64,000 nt of DNA from a virus. The notes under the pieces are model-generated. The model saw only the letters and a list, made by a program, of their open reading frames with translations. It did no database searches and was not told the DNA's origin. Each line of letters opens with the position of its first letter. Position 1 is the first letter of the stretch. Below are positions 57,767-64,000 of the stretch, piece by piece. The stretch spans positions 1 to 64,000 of IMG/VR virus record IMGVR_UViG_3300031231_000003; one strand, 5' to 3'. The translations under genes were made by a program, and so were the position numbers.

Positions 57767-60700
57767 TGGCAATTTTTAAGTCTTTATCAATTCTTGCACA
57801 GACTGTGACAAGAACGGGTGGTATTGAGATTCAATCACCATCTAAACCACTAAGCGCCGCGTCAATTCTTAAATCTCCCGCACGTCCCGCCTTGAATTCA
57901 TCAACGATCACTAACGTTTCAAAATTATTCGTGAAAGAACCCCAGAAGAATGTGAACGTTATTGTACAAAGAGGTACTTCGTTCACGACATTGACGAATA
58001 CTAATTTGGAAGATCTGATTTCAAATGCTACGAACTCGAATCGTCAAGCATTTCCGCCCGTTATCAAGATCCCTAACCTTATTTTGCCTTCTTATCGTCC
58101 AGGTCCCAATCGAAACAAGTCAATAAATGACCTGATCGTCCCAACGAGGAAACTTGAAGCCTACGAAAATCTAACTGGAATCTCACAAGATCGGCCCGAA
58201 ATACTTTTGTTGACACCGTTCAAGCCGCTGTTTCAGGGAACGTCAATATTGAATAAAAAACAGAATTACACGACATTAATGACGAACGAAGGAATCTTTG
58301 TTGAATCTCGAATTCAACTTATGAACCTACAATTCATCAACATGATAAACATGCTGAAGACATTGTCTGACTCTGATCAAGACTTGAAGGAAAATCTAAA
58401 GATCAGAAGTTTTGAGATCAACAGTTCTTTGAATTCTCTGCACTCGACATCAAAGTTTCTGTTGAATCTGATCATCAAGACGAAACACGTCAAAGATCAA
58501 CTTGATCTGAGAAATTCGTTGTACAACATTGATACGAAAAAAATATCGTTCGAACATCAAATCAATTTTTCAACGGGCAACAATGACACGAATTCGAAAT
58601 TCGATCAACTTTCGGTTGGAAAATTCATCTCAAAGACATTCACGTTCGTTGATATCCTGGAATCACAGGGGTTCGATCGTAAGGTTCTAGAGAATATTTT
58701 TACATCTACTAAGTTGTGGATGCAAATGCTTTACGAGTACAAAAGGATCATTAAAAATCAATCAGATCAATTCTTGAACGTGAAGACGAAAAAGAAGACG
58801 GATCAAAATTCTACGAACATTTTCAAGGATTCAATAAAAATTTTCAATGTTTCGACGATAGATCCTCCCGGCTTACAAGGTATCGCTGACCTAGCAAAAA
58901 AACAAGTTCAAGATGTTGCTGACGTCGTAAACATTACAGCCAACGCGTTTGACTCAATCTATTCACAGAGTTCATTTGAGAGCGATGAATCGAAGGTGGC
59001 ATTACTTTCGAACGCGCTGTGTAAGGAGTATTCGTATTCAAGGGGGTTGCTAGATCCTAGCTTGATTGAATTATTGAGAAATTCTTATCAATACACGGTT
59101 TCGAACGGTAATGGTGGCAATTTGAACGTGTTCGATAATGTTTTAGGACAATTTCCTTCGAACGTTTTATCGATCCCTCTAAGCAATCTAAATTCTCTCG
59201 TTTCTCTTTCTCAGGTTTCCATTTCACAGAACGTCGCGGTATTACCGTTCGAATCAAAGTACCTCGATGGTGATTCGGGATTCGTTACACCTGGTGCTAG
59301 TTGGTATATTGATCAAATCTTTCAACTAACGAACGGAAAATTCGATGTCAAGAATCTTGATGAGTTGTTAAGCATGTTAAAAACCGCGTACAAAAACTAC
59401 AATCTTGTGCTTGATCGAATGAACATTAACATGATTGAGAACTCGGGAACGAACATGGGAAATGTAATGTTAAATCCCACCAAGTTCGTTCAAAGGGCGA
59501 TTGATCTATTTTCTGACAAGCAAGGAAATACGTTCGGATACATTCAAGATGATCCCATGACGAACGTGTTCGTCATGGCGTTGCAATCAAAACAATTGAA
59601 AGCGCTTCTGTTTTTGTTTTCGATCAATCAAATTTCACGTTCTTACAATTCAGATTTGAGATTTCCAAATGCGTTACAAGAACTCGATAGTTCACCCTTT
59701 ACGGATGAACTTGTGAATCAAATCGGAAAGCTTTTGGTCTCACTGACTCGACCCACATCGACAAATTTGAGTGAAGCTAGAACTTCAACCGTTTCACTAG
59801 TAGCAATCAAAAAACTCATCAGAAAAGGTACGCTTGTTTCAACGTTGATCAATAGCACGATGCTTCAGGTGTATCATGAATTCAAACATATCAATGCAAT
59901 CAATCTATCGGGGCGAACGGTGTACAGCGGTCATCTTGATACCATCATGATGATGGTCGTCTTTGATACTATGATCACCTCTTTGGCGATGACGACATCA
60001 ACGAGAATCACGGGACGATTGTTTCAACCTCGCATTCAAGCTTCGCACGATGAAACATTCATCGTACATGTTGAAAAAAGAAACGTTCGTGAACGTGCAT
60101 CATCAATCACGAATAAGCTTCAGGTTGAATTGGGTACGATTCAGAGTTTTTCATGGTTAATTCTTGAAACGATTCGTCGTTTATCAGATTCATTAACGAC
60201 GTTCTACAATTTCTTAAATTCGCCACAAGCAATTACAAACATGGCATCGATTACAACGACAATTAACAACCCCGAACAAATGAAGTTCTTGCTTAGTGAA
60301 CAACAGATCATGTTATTGAATTCGAATGTAGATGACATACTTGCTAAATTCAAAACTTCACAGTTAGATATGACTCGAACTAACACTCAGAACGATGAAA
60401 TTAAAATTTTGGACGATGTGAACGTGCCATTGAATGTTAAGAACGTTCTATACGAAACACTGATTCAACCAGAATTCTCAACGAAAAAAGCATTGAACAA
60501 AAAAATTCTGACCGTCGGATTACCACTAGATTTTTCACGAAGATTGTCACAAAAGGGGAAAATTTCAACACAAGCGACCGACAAATTGAAGAGCAAACAA
60601 CTTGATATTGTCAAGATTTTTGTTTACAGGATCGACACGCTGAATCAGGACATCGTCTTTAAACCACAGAAGCTGTTGTTCGAGCTATCGAGATTTCCGG

Positions 60701-61590
60701 TTAGAAATTTTGACACTATGAACGACGTTTCTCGAGGAGCAAGCATTCAAAGTATCATTGGATCCGTTGCATTGCGTGACTTTGGGGAGTCACTTGACGA
60801 GAATTCATCATCAGCGGTATCGTATTACCTCGAAGGCGATGCAAACAGTGCATTCAATTCGCCCAGTTATGAATTTCTATCGTTGCAACAAAAACGAGAA
60901 CTAGCACGAAATCATGTGCTTAGTTACATGCTCGAGATCTACATCAAATTATTGACTGGCATTTCAACATCGGATCATTCATTCACAATGGATGCGAACG
61001 ATGAAAAAACGATCAAAATGTTCGAAAGCACGTTCATCAAATTGTTGATTGAAAAGAACACAGCCGTTGTTACGAACGGTATTGCAAATACGATCAAACA
61101 AAGTCAGATTTCTTCGATTGGAACATTCTTTTCATCGAATAGATCGACGGCGTCATCACGAATGGTTGGTATTGCTGGAAGCAACAAGAACCTCACTTTC
61201 ACGGCTGCCACAAGTTTAGCCTCGTTACCTCGTCAAGGTATCAAACCTCTGATGAATCTCGTGAAGCTCGTTTCAAAGGTTTCAAATTTGAAAACAACGA
61301 TCAGCGATGGAGTTTTAATGTCAAAGAACATCATTCGTCCACGACAATTTGATCGAGTATTCAACGTCATCATTGACCCTGATGATTTTGAAATCAATTA
61401 TGAGGCGACGATCAAGACAGAGTACGGTAAAAAATCATTCGAACAACTGATCAAGAAACGCATCGTCATCCCCGTAGATTCAAACGATCAACGACGTAGA
61501 GCGTACAAGTTCCGTGAAAACGATATTTCTCAAGGTTCCGCTTCGTTCGATAAGTACTTTGTAACGCTTGGAACGTTTGACGAGGAATAA
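57766..61590 (+). CDS. large hypothetical (probable structural) protein, 1274 aa
   Basis: Long ORF with TAATG coupling to both neighbours. Confidence 0.7.
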   Translation: MAIFKSLSILAQTVTRTGGIEIQSPSKPLSAASILKSPARPALNSSTITNVSKLFVKEPQKNVNVIVQRGTSFTTLTNTNLEDLISNATNSNRQAFPPVIKIPNLILPSYRPGPNRNKSINDLIVPTRKLEAYENLTGISQDRPEILLLTPFKPLFQGTSILNKKQNYTTLMTNEGIFVESRIQLMNLQFINMINMLKTLSDSDQDLKENLKIRSFEINSSLNSLHSTSKFLLNLIIKTKHVKDQLDLRNSLYNIDTKKISFEHQINFSTGNNDTNSKFDQLSVGKFISKTFTFVDILESQGFDRKVLENIFTSTKLWMQMLYEYKRIIKNQSDQFLNVKTKKKTDQNSTNIFKDSIKIFNVSTIDPPGLQGIADLAKKQVQDVADVVNITANAFDSIYSQSSFESDESKVALLSNALCKEYSYSRGLLDPSLIELLRNSYQYTVSNGNGGNLNVFDNVLGQFPSNVLSIPLSNLNSLVSLSQVSISQNVAVLPFESKYLDGDSGFVTPGASWYIDQIFQLTNGKFDVKNLDELLSMLKTAYKNYNLVLDRMNINMIENSGTNMGNVMLNPTKFVQRAIDLFSDKQGNTFGYIQDDPMTNVFVMALQSKQLKALLFLFSINQISRSYNSDLRFPNALQELDSSPFTDELVNQIGKLLVSLTRPTSTNLSEARTSTVSLVAIKKLIRKGTLVSTLINSTMLQVYHEFKHINAINLSGRTVYSGHLDTIMMMVVFDTMITSLAMTTSTRITGRLFQPRIQASHDETFIVHVEKRNVRERASSITNKLQVELGTIQSFSWLILETIRRLSDSLTTFYNFLNSPQAITNMASITTTINNPEQMKFLLSEQQIMLLNSNVDDILAKFKTSQLDMTRTNTQNDEIKILDDVNVPLNVKNVLYETLIQPEFSTKKALNKKILTVGLPLDFSRRLSQKGKISTQATDKLKSKQLDIVKIFVYRIDTLNQDIVFKPQKLLFELSRFPVRNFDTMNDVSRGASIQSIIGSVALRDFGESLDENSSSAVSYYLEGDANSAFNSPSYEFLSLQQKRELARNHVLSYMLEIYIKLLTGISTSDHSFTMDANDEKTIKMFESTFIKLLIEKNTAVVTNGIANTIKQSQISSIGTFFSSNRSTASSRMVGIAGSNKNLTFTAATSLASLPRQGIKPLMNLVKLVSKVSNLKTTISDGVLMSKNIIRPRQFDRVFNVIIDPDDFEINYEATIKTEYGKKSFEQLIKKRIVIPVDSNDQRRRAYKFRENDISQGSASFDKYFVTLGTFDEE

Positions 61591-63470
61591 TGACACAATC
61601 TTTACCATCGAACGAAGCATGTACCATTGACGTCAAAGAGGTTGAAAGATTCACAGCAAAGTTCTTTTATCAACACTTTGTTAAAGATGAATGCACGAAT
61701 GACTCGGGAGAGTCAATTGACGTTGACATAAAAAACGTCTCTGGTACAGATGGATCAAACGTTCCTTTGAAAAAGGTTCCTCGATACATTGAACTAAAGT
61801 TCATTCCTGTCGCAGTTTCTAGTGAGAATGTTGACAATCAAGTGATCAAACGAGATCAGGCTTCTCAATTAATCAGCGATCATTTTGATTCGATAGTGAC
61901 TGAGGATCAATTTTCGTCGAATTCGTTCATAAGCATCAATTTTCACGACGGATCGATGGATGACAAGATTTATGAAGTTGTCAGTGGTTCCCTTCAACAA
62001 TTCATGTTGAATACTGAGAAGAATTCCAACGTTAGTAATAATAAGCTTTCAAAGCAATTCAATTCATTGTTATCAGATGATGTCGATGCTGATTTTTTAT
62101 CATCAAAGTTTTCATCATTGACTCGATCATCGGGCGCGTCATTTCATTCACTTTCTGAAGGAACCGATAGGATCAAGACCGCGGAAGCGATCGATGCGAT
62201 CAGTTCTGGTCGAGGTGACAAGGTTGCAATCATTGAAAGACCTTCTCGAGGAACGAACGTTAGCGTGCAACTGAATGCTAAGATCATCAATGACGTGTTA
62301 AAAACACAAATTGACGATCCCACTTCACCCTATTCAAGCGACTTGCAAGACCTTTTGAATTCGACACAAAGCACGCAAAGAACTGCAAAGCAACGAAATC
62401 AAATACCGTCGGACGAGGACTACATGACAATGATTCCATTCATTGACCTCGACGTTCAAAATTCTTCAACAAAGCATGATGAATCTTCAAGACGCGTCGT
62501 TGGTTACGTCATTGATAAATTTGAGATCGATCAAAACCAGAACACGATTGAAAAGGAAAGGTTGATCATCGAAAATCCATTCGCGACACGGATCATCGAT
62601 TCACGCGTAAAGTACGGTTCGACGTACAGGTACCAGATCAGGACGATCGTCCTATTCATTCTTCCCGCCGTCGATGCCGACACGGGCGAACTTGCAATGG
62701 TGAAAGCATTGATCAGTTCAAAACCATCAAGGCCTGAGTACGTTGAGTGTACGGAGAATCAGGCTCCACCCGTACCAAACGATGTCAACTTCATTTGGGA
62801 TTACGAGACAGAAAAATTGATGGTCACTTGGAATTTACCCACGAACCCTCAAAGGGATATCAAACAATTTCAGGTGTTCAAAAGAACGTCGCTTGAGTCA
62901 TCGTACGACCTTGTGAAGCAATTCAACTTCAACGATAGCGACTCGCCCATCGAACAAAACGAAAATCCCGATCCTTCCGTGCTTGAAGTGACAAATTCAC
63001 CTCGAACGTTCTGGATTGATGAAAAATTCAAGAAAAATAGCAAGTACATCTACTCGGTGTGTTCGATAGATGCTCATGGCCTCTCAAGCGGTTACTCGGC
63101 CCAATTCGAGGTCGGATTTGATATCTTTAAGAACAAACTAACGAAATCACTCGTCAGTCACTCAGGTGCCCCGAAACCCTATCCGAACATGTACGTAGAG
63201 AACCAATTGTTCGTTGATTCAATCAGGACGTCACGCGGCTCGAGAATGAAGCTCTACTTCAATCCCGAGTACTACTCGCTCGTCAATAATCAGAAAAAGG
63301 TCATCAAGACGCTTTCAACGAAGCAAGACGGGGGGAGATACTTGTTGCAAGTACTGAACCTCGATAATCAGAAGGTTGAAAATTTAACGATCACGATCGA
63401 TGATCAAACGAAGCAATCGAAAACGAACACAAAATCAACGAAAGTTCTAACAAAGAATCGAACGAAGTGA
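61590..63470 (+). CDS. probable structural protein with FN3/Ig-like domains
   Basis: VKYGSTYRYQIR, PPVP...VTW, FQVFKR, YIYSVCSIDAHGLSSGYS. Confidence 0.7.
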   Translation: MTQSLPSNEACTIDVKEVERFTAKFFYQHFVKDECTNDSGESIDVDIKNVSGTDGSNVPLKKVPRYIELKFIPVAVSSENVDNQVIKRDQASQLISDHFDSIVTEDQFSSNSFISINFHDGSMDDKIYEVVSGSLQQFMLNTEKNSNVSNNKLSKQFNSLLSDDVDADFLSSKFSSLTRSSGASFHSLSEGTDRIKTAEAIDAISSGRGDKVAIIERPSRGTNVSVQLNAKIINDVLKTQIDDPTSPYSSDLQDLLNSTQSTQRTAKQRNQIPSDEDYMTMIPFIDLDVQNSSTKHDESSRRVVGYVIDKFEIDQNQNTIEKERLIIENPFATRIIDSRVKYGSTYRYQIRTIVLFILPAVDADTGELAMVKALISSKPSRPEYVECTENQAPPVPNDVNFIWDYETEKLMVTWNLPTNPQRDIKQFQVFKRTSLESSYDLVKQFNFNDSDSPIEQNENPDPSVLEVTNSPRTFWIDEKFKKNSKYIYSVCSIDAHGLSSGYSAQFEVGFDIFKNKLTKSLVSHSGAPKPYPNMYVENQLFVDSIRTSRGSRMKLYFNPEYYSLVNNQKKVIKTLSTKQDGGRYLLQVLNLDNQKVENLTITIDDQTKQSKTNTKSTKVLTKNRTK

Positions 63471-63709
63471 ACTCAGTACCCGACGATCAATTTCTACCGG
63501 GAGATTCAATCATCGTGTTCAAGGGTTCGTATGACATCGTCGCAAGCGATTGGCCATTCGTTGAATCGTTCGAGGATGATTCGTTCGGAATGATCTTGGG
63601 AGCGAGAAGTAACATGTTGTCGGAACAGGATTTCATCGTCCTTGTGAACCAGAAATTGCTGTACGTTCAAGGATATCGGATGGTGAGATCTAATGAACAT
63701 CAATCTTGA
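63467..63709 (+). CDS. small hypothetical protein (FLPGD motif)
   Basis: 80-aa ORF. Confidence 0.5.
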   Translation: MNSVPDDQFLPGDSIIVFKGSYDIVASDWPFVESFEDDSFGMILGARSNMLSEQDFIVLVNQKLLYVQGYRMVRSNEHQS

Positions 63710-63728
63710 TTCGATTTAGAATTGATTG

Positions 63729-64000
63729 ATGTACTTGGGTGTAGAAAAAATCGTAAAGAAGGATTCTTGGAATAGGACATCAACGAAGCACGTTCATAAA
63801 TTTCAATGTGATGAATGCGGTAAATCGTACGACTTGTACAGAAATCGAAAAAGAAGGTTGCATTTTTGTTCTAAGTCATGTAAAAATGCATCAAAATTGC
63901 TTCAAAGGTTGATCACTGATGTTTGCATTGAACGTTATGGTGGAAGAGGTAATGCGTCCATTGAATTGAAATTGAAGAACCAGACGACGTGTCTTAAAAT
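63729..64000 (+). CDS. partial zinc-finger / CIERYG-repeat protein (endonuclease-associated type), truncated by window edge
   Basis: Open frame from 63729: CDECGK...FCSKSC...CIERYG...TTCLK. Confidence 0.55.
   Translation, partial: MYLGVEKIVKKDSWNRTSTKHVHKFQCDECGKSYDLYRNRKRRLHFCSKSCKNASKLLQRLITDVCIERYGGRGNASIELKLKNQTTCLK

Noticed and set aside
700-63703. Numerous short antisense or nested ORFs in the six-frame track
   Set aside because: They lie opposite or within well-supported genes and have no recognisable motifs

Overview
The window looks like part of a large (jumbo-type) tailed dsDNA phage genome: densely coding, with many small ORFs and no rRNA or ribosomal proteins. It carries two tRNAs (Glu-UUC and an unusual Ile-UAU), thyA, guanylate kinase, MazG, PIN-PhoH, a DinG-type helicase, a Cas4/AddB-like nuclease, a phage sigma factor, a degenerate GroEL-like protein, several free-standing GIY-YIG/HNH homing endonuclease genes, and a probable virion structural operon at the right end (54.4-63.5 kb). 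The most notable items are: (1) a family of unrelated cargo proteins sharing an N-terminal MKITLKQLKxIIKEE leader, preceded by a short ATAnTTA-type motif a few nt before the start codon, which may be a capsid-targeting/injected-effector system on late, nearly leaderless mRNAs; (2) a large glycan island (25.8-45.5 kb, plus two GT4 genes at 10.4-12.8 kb) with a complete route to an N-formylated amino-deoxy sugar; (3) an Mrr-helicase plus split adenine-methyltransferase cassette; (4) a homing endonuclease whose 3' end is a recoded duplicate of the phoH 3' end; (5) a 47-bp direct repeat flanking one gene, and a duplicated two-gene module. Several single-base frameshifts in homopolymer runs are probably sequencing errors. 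All family calls come from motif recognition by eye; no database search was run.
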